A DNA stretch of 62,758 nt, filler included, from Nemertoderma westbladi (Eukaryota > Animalia > Xenacoelomorpha), in assembly GCA_032718475.1 (NCBI GenBank). It is 3 parts of 3 records of this genome, joined end to end, with 100 filler letters (N's around TTAATTAATTAA, not from the genome) between each part and the next. Parts side by side here need not be neighbours in the genome. Positions count along the whole stretch, not along the records: positions 41,992 to 62,758 come from JAUCBJ010001050.1; 2 more parts are not named here. One strand, written 5' to 3'. Each line of letters begins with the position of its first letter. The stretch's first letter is position 1. The notes beneath the pieces were generated by a model. That model made no database searches. It was not told the origin of the DNA and saw nothing but the letters and a program-made list of their open reading frames with translations. Below are positions 49,074 through 62,143 of this stretch, piece by piece. Both the position numbers and the translations under genes were made by a program.

Positions 49074-50906
49074 TTAACCCATCATTTTTGTTCTGAATTT
49101 TAAGAATTTTTCTTTGAATAGTGGTTTGGTCATAATGTCTGCGATCATATGTTCAGTTGGGCAATGTTTTAGAACAACAATCTTCTTATTAACCATGTCT
49201 CGAATGTAATGATATTTAATTTCTATATGCTTAGTTCTTCCATGAAAACGTGGATTTTCCGATAACGCAATACACCCATTGTTATCCTCGAATAACGTAG
49301 TGCTCCCATTTTGGTCAATGCCTAAATCCCCCAATAAAGTTCTTAACCACACTAACTCCCTGGTGGCGACACTAGCAGCAATATACTCTGCCTCCGTTGT
49401 ACTCTGAGCCACAAGTGTTTGTTTTTTACACGCCCATGAAATAAGTGAATCGTTCACAAAGAACAAATATCCAGATGTAGATTTTCTATCATAGTTTCTT
49501 CCCCAATCAGCATCTACATATCCAACTAATTGAACACGGTTGTTAGATTGATCAGCAACATATTCAATGCCGACATCCATCGTTCCTTTAATGTATCTGA
49601 ATATTCTCTTCACCGCTTTCCAGTGTTCCTCGCCTGGATTAGAACTGAATTGATTAACATTACTTAGTGCTGCAGCCAAGTCCGGTCTTGTAGCACAAAC
49701 AGCATATGTCAGCCCTCCAATAGCTAATTGATAACTCTTCTGATTAACTGACTCCCCTTCATTAAGTGACAAATTTGAATTGGCATCAAACGGTGTTGAG
49801 ACAGTATTACAGTCTTGCATTCCAAACTTATTTAAGAGATCTTCAAGATATGCTTGCTGATTTAATTTTAATTTTCGATTATCGCGATCTCTTTCTATCT
49901 TGATTCCCAAGCAGTAACGTACTTCACCTAAATCTTTTGTATTAAATCGCTCTGAAATTGCTAATTTTTCTTCCTTCAACATAATCATGGAATTGGAGCA
50001 AAGCAGTAAGTCATCTACATATAAAGCCAATATTAGAAAGTTATTACCTTCTCGTTTTATATAAATACATGGATCTGCATGCGATTGCATGTAGCCATTA
50101 TCAACCAGATTGTCATGCATTGCTTTATTCCAACAACGAGATGCCTGCTTTAAGCCATATATGCTTTTCTCTAATTTACACACTAAATGTTCATCTCCTT
50201 TGAGAATAAAATGTTCAGGTTGTCTCATGTAAATTTCTTCCTCTAAAACTCCATTGAGAAATGCCGTTTCAACATCCATATGATGAACTTCCAAGTCAAG
50301 TTCATTGGCTAAAGATAGAATAGTACGAACAGATGTGTAACGAACAACAGGAGCAAAAGTTTCTTGGTAGTCAATATTGGGTAATTGTGAGTAGCCCTGA
50401 GCAACAAGACGAGCTTTATATCGTTCAATTTGACCATCACAACCTGTTTTCTCTTTAAAAACCCATTTACAACCCACAGCATTTCTTCCTTCTGGCAATT
50501 CAACTAATTTCCACGTGTCATTCTTTATCAACGAGTTATATTCCGTTTCAAGAGCCAATTTCCACTTTTCACTGTTCACACTATTGAGTACTTCATTTAC
50601 TGTCTTTGGCGTTTCTCCTGACACATAGAAAACCATATTCTCGAGATTTTCACTTTCTATCCAATCCCCATATCTATCTGGTTGTCTTTTTATGCGGGTA
50701 GATTTTCTAATAGTCGATTCAGCCGATTCATCATCATGGACTTTGTCATTTATGGTTGTCCCCTTAGCTACAATAGGTTCACTCTTAATGATATTTTCCA
50801 CATCATTATCCACATTGATCACTTCATCACACTCATTGATAATGTCACTTGTACTATGACTAGACTAATACGTCCATCGAAACTTAATTCATTAAACTTA
50901 ATATCA
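49074..50906 (-). pseudogene. Copia RT and RNase H
   Basis: YKARLVAQG, MDVETAFL, LYVDD, DADW, STTEAEY, TKHIEIKYH, ADIMTK. Confidence 0.92.
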
Positions 50907-52651
50907 ATACTTATTGCACGGTTATCAAGTTATTTTCCCGTATATTTTACCCGAGGGCAGGAATAACCCGAGGGCGTAGCCCGAGGGTTTCCTGCCCGAG
51001 GGTAAAATATTAGGGAAAATAACTTGATAACCGGGCAATAAATGTGTTATTCCACATTATTAACATTTCTAAAAGGGTTTTGTTTGGGGGCAAGTGAAGT
51101 AAATGGGGCTTGGTATTTTGGGGGGATTAAATATATATCAATATATATTAAATCATTAAAATGTATTTGTGCGTTCAGAATGATTAAATAATGCATAACT
51201 ACAGTAGAAACCGGAAAATTAAAATTTTATATTTAATTTAATAATTTAATATTTAATAATATTTACAATTTTCCCTCATCCTCAGATATTTTCGATAAAT
51301 GTATCATTTAATTTTGGTGAAAAAAGTATGTTTTAATAAACTATAGGCGCGCCAGATCCATATTTACTGTAGAACACATCATGCAGCAAGAACCTTTAAA
51401 GTGAAAAAAAATGCAGTAGGTAGCCTAACTTTGAACCACTGATAGGCCTAATAATTTTCTAAAACCTTTTGTAAACTGGATAAAAATAGTGAGTCAGTGC
51501 CCCACCCTATCTAAATGGGACATTTGGAGCCTAGTCAGCCAGGATCTGAAATATTTCTTGAGTTTCCCGACACATTCACGAGTTACTATTTAAAAGTTTC
51601 ATGATATAAAGACTAACATCGGTGTTTATTGTTCTTCGATAGGACGCAGTTTCACAGAGATTTGAGCTTATTGAGGAGACATTCGAGAATATTCACTAAC
51701 TCGCTATGCTCGTTCTTGTGAATGCCTGTACTTGATCCCTGCGTGACAGAAACACTTTAGGGCCTACTTTATATCGAATACATAAAAACTAATTTATTTA
51801 TTCATTATTAATTTATTAGGACTTCATATTGGCGTGCATGCGGAACCATTTATAGTAGACATATAAATATCAAGGAAAGGCATTGTGTAGTGGTTTAACA
51901 GTTTAAATCGGAGCCTTGAACGCGGGTCTCTGACTCCAGATGTTTGTGGGTTCGAGTCCAGGAAGGTGGCCAGGGAAATTTTCATTTCGGATTCGCATAA
52001 ATCTCCGTTAGGCCTATATATAAAAAAGACTGATTCCGTGTTACATTACCGTAATCATTAGCATACTGTAGTTACAAAACAACAGTTTTATTTAAAGCCA
52101 GCTTTATTATTATTTAAATAAAATCAATATTCATTTCCTTAAGACTGCGTCCAACTTACATATTAAACATAAAGATAGGAAAAGAGCACGAAATATGTAC
52201 TGTAGGGCCTACATACTGTAGCCTGCTGTACAGGCTTGTATCGCTACCAGTCCACATCTTCAGAGCTTCGCAGCTTTATCCCCCAGGCAGTCGGTCAGCA
52301 ATTAAGTGATGAACAAATCGTACAGTACCACACACAGGTACCACCAGTATTAAGCCTATACCATGCCAAGCAGCGTGGTCTGGTCAGCCCACTGCCTGGC
52401 TACAGGCTGCGTACCGTACCGGTCTGGTACTTTCAATTTCAGACAATGGATAATGATACAAAAATGTGTTGTGGTACCGGTAGGTATGTTCTGACAATCT
52501 GATTTGATAATAGAGCTAGGCCTAGGATAATAGGCAGTTGCATAGCAACGCGGGAATATCACTGATATTTTCCCGTGGGCAAAAAGTGATATTTTTTAGG
52601 TAGCCCACTATTAGAAGTGATATTTAACCCGCTCATAAATGGGGAATAACA
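50907..52651. mobile_element. Non-autonomous Crypton-like element with terminal hairpin
   Basis: ~130-bp hairpin 50911-51041; GTGTTATTCC (51044) inverted at GGAATAACAC (52643); near-direct repeat AATATCA/AATAACA instead of a classical TSD. Confidence 0.6.
51880..51972 (+). ncRNA. tRNA-derived (SINE-head-like) sequence with Pol III A and B boxes
   Basis: GTGTAGTGGTT and GGGTTCGAGTCC; cloverleaf not convincing. Confidence 0.45.
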
Positions 52652-53667
52652 CGACTTGTTGATACCTTTTTTGTATCCTTATTATATACTCGATATCCCT
52701 TCCTTTCACAATCATATCCAACGAACACATGTTTGACACTTTTAGTATCCCATTTCTTCCTTTTTTCGTCTGGAACATGAACCCATGCGTCACACCCAAA
52801 CACTTTAAACTCAGCTACTGATGGTTTAACTCCATAAAAACATTCATATGGTACTTTAGAACAAACGGCTTTGGTTGAACAGCGATTGTTTATAAACGCA
52901 GAAGTAAGAACAGCTTCTGCCCAAAATGAAATAGGTAGTTTAGCATATTGTAAAATTGCTCTCCCACTTTCAACCAAAGTTCGATTTTTTCTCTCAGCTA
53001 TTCCGTTCTGTTGTGGTGAGTAACAAACAGTCATCTGTCTTAATATGCCTTTTTCCTTAAAATAATTTTTGAATGCATCATTGACGTACTCTGTTCCGTT
53101 GTCAAAGCGTAGTTTTTTAATTAGTTTTCCTGTTTGTCTCTCTGCCATATGTTTATATTCCAGAAACTTGTCTATCACTTCGCTTTTGGCCTTCATAAAA
53201 TATACCGCACAAAATCGAGATTTATCATCGATAAATGTCACAAAGTATCGATTCCCACCTAATGATACTTCAGACATGGGACCGCATACGTCAGAATGAA
53301 CAAGTTGTAGAACACAATCGGATTTAGAGCTACTTTCCTTTGGAAATTCATTTCTGGATTGTTTTCCCAAAACACATCCTTCACAAAATTTCAACTGATC
53401 TTTCGTATTTAAGTCAATTCCATGTACAAGTTCATCATTAAACATTTTTCTTAATGTTTGTTCATTGACATGTCCAAGGCGACAATGCCACAAATCTATG
53501 TTTGATTCAGATTGAGCAAAATTTACCTCATGTTTCTCTTTATTTACGTGGCCTTCAAGCTCATATTGATTACCATTCTCGGGAATTTTTGCAGTGATTA
53601 ACAATTTATTGCTTTGTTCGCTAAATACATTACACCATGTTCTCACTAAACACGACTTGGCAATCAT
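52652..53667 (-). pseudogene. Copia GAG-pre-integrase and integrase
   Basis: LWHCRLGH, CEGC, HSDVCGP, DNGTEY, QQNGIAER; cut at SR|DIKFNE by an insertion. Confidence 0.9.
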
Positions 53668-54904
53668 GATTTGTTATTTTCTTCACTGATAATAAATTTT
53701 GACACAAACTCGGAACAAATAAAACATTCTCAAATTGACATCTTTTAATCATAAATGCATCATTTAAATTGTTCCATTTAACCATTCCAATACCCAAAGC
53801 TTCAACAGTTTCTTTATTAGCTAAATGAATGACACTGGGATTTTGTAATTCAACGTATTCATGAAAATTATCACGTTTACAGCACATATGTTGCGTAGCT
53901 CCTGAATCTATAAACCATTTACTACTATTATCATTTTTGTGAGATATTCCATTGCTCGATAAACACCAAAAGGTAAAATCATTCTCATCGTTTTCTAATC
54001 GAACTACATTAGCACCTTGGTTTGATAAACCAGAACTTCCTCTACTGTTCGTACTCGTAACATTATTATCTGGGCGTGTGCAGTATCTAGCTATATGCCC
54101 ATATGTACCACAATTGAAACACCTTGGCGATTGGCCGAAGCTGTTCCTAGCACTGTAACTATTATTATTATTATTAGAATTACCTGCATTTCTAGGCCAG
54201 CTGCTACCTCTTCCTCGAGCACTACCTCCGCGAAGTCCTCTGTTCCATGACGCACGACCTCTACCTTGATAATTACCTGAAGCAGCATTGGCAAATAAAG
54301 CATCATTTTCGTCTGAATCAAATTTATGTGTTTCTTTCTTTTTTTGTTCTTCCATTAATAATTTTTGTCTCAGAAATTCTATAGATAGATCATTAGACAT
54401 TTCTAATGTGCTTACCAGCATTTCGTACGATCTTGGTAAACTAAGCAGTAATTCCCATATTTGCTCTTTTTCCGGCACATTTGCTCCAATAGCATCCAGT
54501 TGAGCCGTCAATTCCTGATGCTTATTGATATGACTCATCATATCGTCGCCTTCTTGCATAACAGCGTCTCTATACTTTCTTTTATAATAAATTATATTTT
54601 GCATCGTTTGCATTTCGAACTGAGTCTTCAATCCATTCCACGCGTCTAATGCAGATGGTTTCCCCATCACTAGAGGTAATTGTGAATCGGCAAGATGCAA
54701 ATTAATTTCTGCGCGAGCTTTCTGATCTTTCTTCAACCATTTTTGAAACGCATCGCCTGCTGCTTGTGGTGCGGGTTCACTACCATTTACAACATCCCAC
54801 AGATCCATTGAAATCAGTACCATTTGCATTTTATGCTTCCACATAAACCAGTTTTGTCCTGTAAATTTATCAGTACGTAAACCAACTTTATATTCACTGG
54901 ACAT
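53630..54904 (-). pseudogene. Copia gag-protease
   Basis: NWFMWK, LLLSLPRSY, CFNCGTYGHIARYC, WFIDSGAT; frameshift to the integrase ORF. Confidence 0.9.
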
Positions 54905-55336
54905 CCTCACAAGCTATATTACTCAACATAAATTTACTCTCAATTCTCAATAAAAGTTATACAGTACATTAGTACATACAGTACATACAATACACAGTAC
55001 GACAAACACAGTTCACATCATTTTACCCATACAACAGAGGTCGGTTAGTACATGTTGTAATTAAACGTTCTGGGCCCATAACCTATTAGAAAACAATTTA
55101 TAACTGTATCTCAAACAACCTTTTAATCGAAACATAAAATCGCTTTTCAAACTAGAAATAATATATCGTACAGTAAGTTACATTAACAGCTGATAGTCCA
55201 TTTGAGTTTAGAAGACAAACAAACGCCCATCACCAATATACATAGAGATATTACAAAACAGAACAATATTAGATTTGTGCAATACAGTTTGGCAGAGTAC
55301 TTGACGAACAAATAATAAAATATTTCCAACAGAACT

Positions 55337-56400
55337 GTGCATATATTAGGCCTACTAACTTTGTATATAATTGAGTTAATTATTTTCCATTTGGTCGTTT
55401 GTACATTGGCTTCTAAAAATTTATTTTGCCTTAATGCATTTTTATTTATCCTGTTTGCATTATTAAACTTATTTTTATTTACCTTAAATAGTTTGAAATC
55501 TGAAGGTGATTTAGTGTGGTGCCAAATGATTAATGATTTTTCTTTTATTCTCTTAAAAACGAATAGGGCAGTAAGACTAGGACTAGTACAAGGACAAGAC
55601 AACTGAATAGGCAACAGGCGCATTTGTACACAAACCACTAGGTAGGGAAAGTACAGGCTGAGCTGTTAATCAATAAGTAAGTCAATAGAATGTAAGCAAT
55701 ATATGGTATAATGGTGTAGGACAACAGTAACAGAATGGCACGCCTAACTAATACATAAATATACAAAGGGGGGCCAATTATATAGCGACAGGGATGGCCG
55801 TGCAAGGGAATGTAATGGCCACATATAATAAACAGAGTGACATTGAGTTTATGGGGGGATATTGTGATATTGAGTTTACAGAGTGAATGTCCGCTATAAC
55901 ATGGCTCATGGGCGCGACAGGAATCATTATTTTCTATAGTGTGATATATTTGATCTAAAACCACAAGTAGTTGAAGAAAAGGTGAGCGGCCTTTTCTAAA
56001 ACCGTACTGAGCACTATGATAAAGTGGACGAAGATGGATGTAAGTTGGCATGGAGATACATCGTTCTAGAATTTTCGAGGGTATGGCAAGTAAAGATATA
56101 GGTCGGTAAATGAGTTTTATTGCCCTTCTTATGGTGATATTTATGTTTGCATTCGGTTATCTTTAAACTCCAAAACCAATGCAGCTAAAGATTGTGCTAG
56201 TTGTACGCTTACTTATTGAAGGAAACGTGGTGGTAAATTAGGATCTACTGGTTTTGGTAACATTTAGTGATGTTAGGAGTAGTTGTACAGTGGATACAGA
56301 CACATCGTAGTCGTCAATAAAGTTATCGTGGTGGGGATCAGTGGGGGATAATGTTGGAGGAGTAATTCCTGCTGTATTTGTTTTTAGAAACTATAGGAAA
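55337..56400 (-). pseudogene. LINE fragments (continuation of the Copia-interrupted LINE plus a second RT fragment)
   Basis: KWKIINSII before the TSD; YRPISLLAIPSKILE and QYGFRKGRS at 55950-56110. Confidence 0.7.
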
Positions 56401-56614
56401 CTTGCAAAACCAAGTTCATTATTTTTCTTGGTACTGTTTTCTAAGAAACTAATTAATTTTCAGTGACCTATTTGGTGCGGTACCTAAGTTCTTATGAAAT
56501 TGCCATTATATTATCAAAGCATCCTTTTTCATTTGCCTATTTCACAACCAGTTGCCTACATACATTTACGAGAGTATAATATATATAAAAGTCTACAATA
56601 GGATCTAAACTAAC

Positions 56615-56945
56615 CTGTGCCAATGTACCCGATCACTAAGGATATCTTCACGCCTACAGTGGCGGCTACGCCACCGACTATAATGTAGAAGAGAACCCTG
56701 GAACCCGCGAAGGTCCCGAACAGAATCCCAACGAGAGTTTCATCGAAGCCCTTAGCCACGGCTCGAGGAGGGAAGAAAGCTGCCGGGAGGGAGTAGTTGA
56801 CGGACATGTTGAACTGGAGGCAGCAAAAGATAACGAGGATGGTTAATCTGTTACGGATGCAGCTACTTCGCTGAGGGGTGTTGGTTGTAGTGACGTTATC
56901 CGGAGGACCTGCAGTCTCACCTGTCACGGTGTCACCAACCGCCAT
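56615..56945 (-). CDS. First coding exon of an SLC18B1-like MFS transporter
   Basis: YSLPAAFFPPRAVAKGFDETLVGILFG resembles SLC18B1 TM1-2; donor ACAG|GTTAGT at 56614. Confidence 0.75.
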
Positions 56946-58224
56946 GGTTTATGCAACAGTTACTATGTTAAAAAGTAGAAACTTTTATTAATTTTAATTT
57001 ATATATATATTGTGTGTTAAATATAGAACGTTGGAAATATTTTACCAAAATAAATATAATATTTACTTTAATAGGATTGCAAATACTAAAGCTATATTTT
57101 TGACAGAATGCTAACTTTTGTATCGTTTGTACCTGTTTCTTTTATCTTTGATTACAATAAAAAGCTATTTATATGACTACCATAATGAAAAATAATTATT
57201 ACGACATTTCTATCTATATTATCATTGTTTTAATTGCGTTAATTGCCTCTTAATTTGCTGTTAATTTATTATCCATGTATTTCTGTTTGTTTATTAGATC
57301 TTTTATCGCTTTATTACGGGCTTGTACCTTACCATTGTTTACCATTGGTTGTATCAAAGTTCCTTAACCCCCATTAGCTCTACTACTATACTGTTTGTGT
57401 TGTGACGCGCATTTTAGGACACTCCCCTTTTGTTAATAATATAATTTTATTATTCAACAAAATTGTATTTTTTGAATTGATTTATAACTGACACTTAAAG
57501 AATTAGGATTTTACTTTATTCCGATAAATAAAGTCAAATTATTTTCCCAAAAATGGCGGTAATTTATGTTCCTAAATACATTGGATTGTTAATAAAACAG
57601 CTGATTTTTCTTCCTGAAAATTGAGTCTTTCAAGGACACTGTTTTTATCATTGTTTTTATCCTTGTTTTTATGCTGCTGTACAATTGATATTCGATTCAT
57701 CATTCAGCAACCGAATTCGTACGATTTCTGGTTTTGAGGCATAGTGGTACTATCAGATACAAAAACAACTTGTACCGGTACTACTGCCTGTTAGGTAAGG
57801 ATTCCCTATTTATATAATGGTTTCCTGCGAGAAATGTCTGGCGACAAGTTAGGATTTTTTGGAATAAAATTACGTATTATTTCAAAAACAAATATATATT
57901 TTTTTCTCTTATGACCCCTTCATTTATAATTAACGTCGATTGATAAAACTCACTCAGCAAATTCAAACATCGCTCATAGATCTCATGGTCAGAAGGAAAC
58001 CAAGTATAATTAAATTATTATATATATAATTTTTTTGGAAATAGAATATTTCAAATTTGTGAGCTGTGAAACTCTTACCCTATCTTCTCAGTATTTAGAA
58101 ATATACAGTACTTCTAAGTTTTATTTATAAAGTGGTTACCACTTTATAAAGCGTAACGGTACAAAATTTCATTTTGAATATAAAAAATGTCCTGCTACTA
58201 CGAGCTTCAATAATTTGATAATAT

Positions 58225-58992
58225 ATGTTGATATCTCGAGAAATGTCGAATCAGTTGCTTCTTCTTGCTTCTATTCTAGCCATTGAAATTATCATCACCA
58301 TTTTTCTCTGCGTCCCATTCATAAAAACGTCGGTGTGGCAGAAACAATTCAGAAATCGTCTATTCGCGCGCATGGGCGTTTACGGAGGGATTGTATTTAT
58401 GGCAGTTGTACTTCTGTGTTTACTATTGGTAGATGCTGCGAAAGAAATGATACAACATATCGCCGAACAAAATGAATTTTCAAATACAACTAATGTTCTT
58501 GACAGATGCGAGATAAATATGAAACTATTTCGAGCTCAAGTTAATTTTTGTGTAACGGGATTCTCGTTATTTTTTCTATTTGTAATCGTCAGACTTTTTA
58601 GACTCATCTCTCAGCACTCCACGTTGGCGGCATCTAGTGCGACTGCTATTAGGCAAGCCGAAGGAGCCTCAAATATCTATAAGGTCTTGAGTAATATAAA
58701 TTCTATAAGGAACCAATCAATGAGAAGGGAGTATGAAGGTCTATGCAAGAGGAACTTTGATTTCGGGACGGTGGGATTTATGGGTGATCACGACATTGGT
58801 GATGCTCGGAGGAGAAATAACACGAAACTGAAACAAGTTAAGAACAAACTGGTGCCGGTCGATTTGTTGGCGATAAAAAAGAAGTTCGAGAATTTTGGAA
58901 TTCTTGGTAATGAATGCGATCGTATCTTTGAAGAATTGGCGAAACTACAGAGAGAAACCGATCCATCGCTAGGCAACAAAAAGGACAAATAA
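58225..58992 (+). CDS. Intronless BAP31/BCAP29-like ER membrane protein (likely start ATG 58243)
   Basis: Three TM segments, LLVDA, MKLFRAQxN, GFSLF, QAEGAS, coiled coil, C-terminal KKDK retrieval motif. Confidence 0.85.
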   Translation: MLISREMSNQLLLLASILAIEIIITIFLCVPFIKTSVWQKQFRNRLFARMGVYGGIVFMAVVLLCLLLVDAAKEMIQHIAEQNEFSNTTNVLDRCEINMKLFRAQVNFCVTGFSLFFLFVIVRLFRLISQHSTLAASSATAIRQAEGASNIYKVLSNINSIRNQSMRREYEGLCKRNFDFGTVGFMGDHDIGDARRRNNTKLKQVKNKLVPVDLLAIKKKFENFGILGNECDRIFEELAKLQRETDPSLGNKKDK

Positions 58993-59125
58993 TAAAATAA
59001 ACAAATTAATCTAATACACACCATGACCCGTAATTTAGAGTCATTTTCTGATGAACGTAGTAACCCAATCATATTTTTATTGTCACATTGTTTGAAATTC
59101 AACTCACCGTCGATGTCTGCATGGA

Positions 59126-59263
59126 TACTCAGAATCACTAGAGGGAGCCCAACGGCTCCTCAGCTCATTAGAACATGCTGCTTCTAGTGTTGGTCTTTTT
59201 ATTAACTCCAGAAAGACCAAAATTTTGACAGTTAACTTTGAAAGTCCTCAGCAAGTAGATGTA
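59126..59263 (+). pseudogene. Short RTE-like RT fragment flanked by 14-bp direct repeats
   Basis: AQRLLSSLEHAASSVGLFINSRKTK; GATGTCTGCATGGA at 59112-59125 and 59264-59277. Confidence 0.6.
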
Positions 59264-59569
59264 GATGTCTGCATGGAGCCAGAATTTTATATTTTGACAT
59301 TATAACATGAATTTACATTGTGTAAAAAGAATCACTTTTCACGTGCTATTTCCATAAAATAGGGTACGGAAATTTTGTTACATTATGTCAACTTTTCGGC
59401 GTTCTGAATGCTTAATTGTTAGCTTTAACTTAATTTTGTAATGTTTAATAATAAGTTAAAGCAGATAAATGTAAATAAATAGATAACTATATTAAATAAA
59501 TAATATTAATATAGTATTAGTACGGCAGATATATGCCGTTTTTTCGATGAACCTGGCATGGGAAAACAT

Positions 59570-60345
59570 CATGCCCCGGAATACAGTGTCGTAATTCAAT
59601 GACACGACCAACCCGCCCCCCCCTCCCTATCTTTTACTACAAATCTTAATGAGATTTCATAAAATTTGAGACATAGAGAGTTTAACTTCCCGAACACTTA
59701 CTGGGTCTGGGTGAACCAGAATTTTTATTTTTGCTTTCAATCTTTAGCTACAAGCGTTTAACAAAGTGTCTCTGGTGATATTGCACCGGCCCCACCGCAG
59801 TTATTATTCAACCTTATAGTGATTGAAAGCTGGCTCTGCAAGGATTCCAAATATGTAAAATTGGTTAGGAAATAGCTAAGCTAATGAGCATTCAAAAATT
59901 GCACGGTTTTGACAAAGCTAGGCTATTTTCTTTTCTATTTAATTAATACACAATATTCTGAAACATTTTGTTAATGTTTGAATATCTAGTGTGATTAATG
60001 ATGTAATGCATTGTTCCCCAGCTACGTATTGCTTAAACAAATGTTCCAGAATATGATGCATTTATTATATAGAATAAAATAGCCTGGCGCAGATGCGAAA
60101 AAACCATGCAACTTTTGAACGCCCGTAATCTCAGCTATTTTTCAACTATTTTTGTAGAAAAATAACTGTAGTACGACTGGCACAATATCGTCAGAGACAC
60201 TTTTTTTAAATGCTTGTAGCTAAGTGGTCGGGAGATGAAACTATCTCTGTTTAAAATTTAATGAAATCTCATAAGAAATGTAGAAAAATTAGGGGGGGGG
60301 GGGGGGGGGGTGTCACTGAATTACGACACTATATTCTGGGGCATG
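59570..60345. mobile_element. Old foldback/MITE element
   Basis: CATGCCCCGGAATACAGTGTCGTAATTCA inverted at 60317-60345, with further inner inverted blocks. Confidence 0.7.
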
Positions 60346-62143
60346 GTATATACTTTATAGTATATGTCTTTTTTGTTTGTTTGTTTATTGTTTCAAGATT
60401 TTACACCCTCCACCTAGCACATTTATAAATAATATAAATAATAGTTAAGTGTGTGATTATAAGTGAGTAATGCCTTGTGTGATTTAAAAGCAAATTTTAT
60501 TGTGATCAATATTCCGACTGATGCCCAACTTGCATCGTTGAGGATTTTGTGTAATTTTGCAATTAAACCAATTGTCACAAGGAACGGTTAAGACAATTCA
60601 TCCGATTGCTTCCATATATTTTAATAATATATTTACTGCTGTAAAATAATAAATGGTACATGTTTCCATTACAGTTAAACTTACATCACCGGAATCCCAT
60701 CTTATGCTCACTTTTGTGACAATTTTCGTTTCAGTCACAAGTCACATAATTTTGCTGGACACCATTATGTAAAGGCAAGGCGTTCTAGGATGATTATAAG
60801 ATTGGTGTTGATGTAAAAGAATGCTATGGAATTAATTTTAACAATTTCGTACTTGCCTAAACCATAATACTTACCCCCCTTAATACTGCCCCTTAATACT
60901 GTACAACAACCATTTTTAGTCCGTCGGACCAGACCCCTAATTTTTTTCAAATTTTAATGAAATGCTTTTAGCAGGATTTTTCAATTTTCAAGATCCAATA
61001 ATTTCCGGAGATATTATCAAAATTCATGGCATCATACATTTTGAGACATTAATTTATTGTGATATATTTCTAATGTTTTTTTTATCTATTTTTATATTTA
61101 AAAATTTCAAGAAATTCATTAGTTTTTCAAGTTGAATCTGATAAATTTGGAATGTTAAAACCTAAAATATATAATAAAGCTCCAAAAAGTTAATAAAAAA
61201 GCTCATGAACACGCACAAAAATACCTCATATAAAAAAGCTGGGTCGAATTTTGAAAATATTACGAGTATAAATTAGTATGGTGTGACATGAATGTTCTAT
61301 AAATGTAATTTAGGCATAATTCTAGTGTTTGGATTAATTACAGCACAATTTTCACTTGAAAAATAACAAATAAAAAGAGTCAAATTCTCCTTAGTAATTA
61401 TAATTCAGTATAGAGTTTCCCGTGAAAATAATAAACCCAGCCAGAATGAATCCTGACAAAAGATTATAATCGGCACGCTGCTCTACTACCCATGCAGTGT
61501 CGGCTTATCCACAAAATTGCGCCGCCACAACTCCCTACCCCCCATGACTTTCTCGAGATTACCGGGACAGGGCCATATAAGTGGCGTGTCTCTCAAGAAA
61601 GTTATCAGCTGCCCACATGTTTCTCTCTCAATGAGGCAGTCAAAGCACAAAATTGTGGGCAGTCTGATGCTGGTCCTGACCATGGTGAAAGTCATATCAT
61701 GCAAGGCGGAGGTGACTGTCGTGGTTGTGGTCGGCACCCAGACAAAAGTTTCGAGGGCCAAAGATAATAGGTTGGCCACGGCACAGGTATTATTATTTTA
61801 GAAGTGCATGAAAGATTAAAAGTGTTTAGATGTAGATAGATAAACAGCTACGACAGATAAGAGCGAGGAGGGGGGGGGGGGGGGGGGGGGGACTTTCGAC
61901 GAAAACACGAATTCACCCCTCTCCAGGTTTAAATCGAAGCAAATAACATGATTACTTCAAAAAATGTAAACGTAATCTGTTCTATGGACTTTTGTTTATT
62001 TTCTTGGTTAGAATAACGTGCACTGTAACCTGCTCCTTTCCCTAAATTCATACCGGCAATAAACTGTAACCCACACGGCTTATCGGCATATATCTATTTA
62101 TTTATTACAATGATTTATTTTTACATTAAAATTACAATTAAAT

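Larger units (their letters stand above)
48778..55331 (-). mobile_element. Full-length Copia LTR retrotransposon inserted in a LINE
   Basis: 248-bp LTRs (48778-49025, 55084-55331; two differences seen), TSD GAACT, half-tRNA-iMet PBS GGTTATGGGCCCAG, PPT GAGGGGAAG. Confidence 0.95.

Noticed and set aside
51880-51972. Functional tRNA gene
   Set aside because: A-to-B box spacing too long and stems do not pair convincingly; kept only as tRNA-derived
55183-55638. 151-aa ORF
   Set aside because: Chimera of a LINE fragment and the Copia LTR
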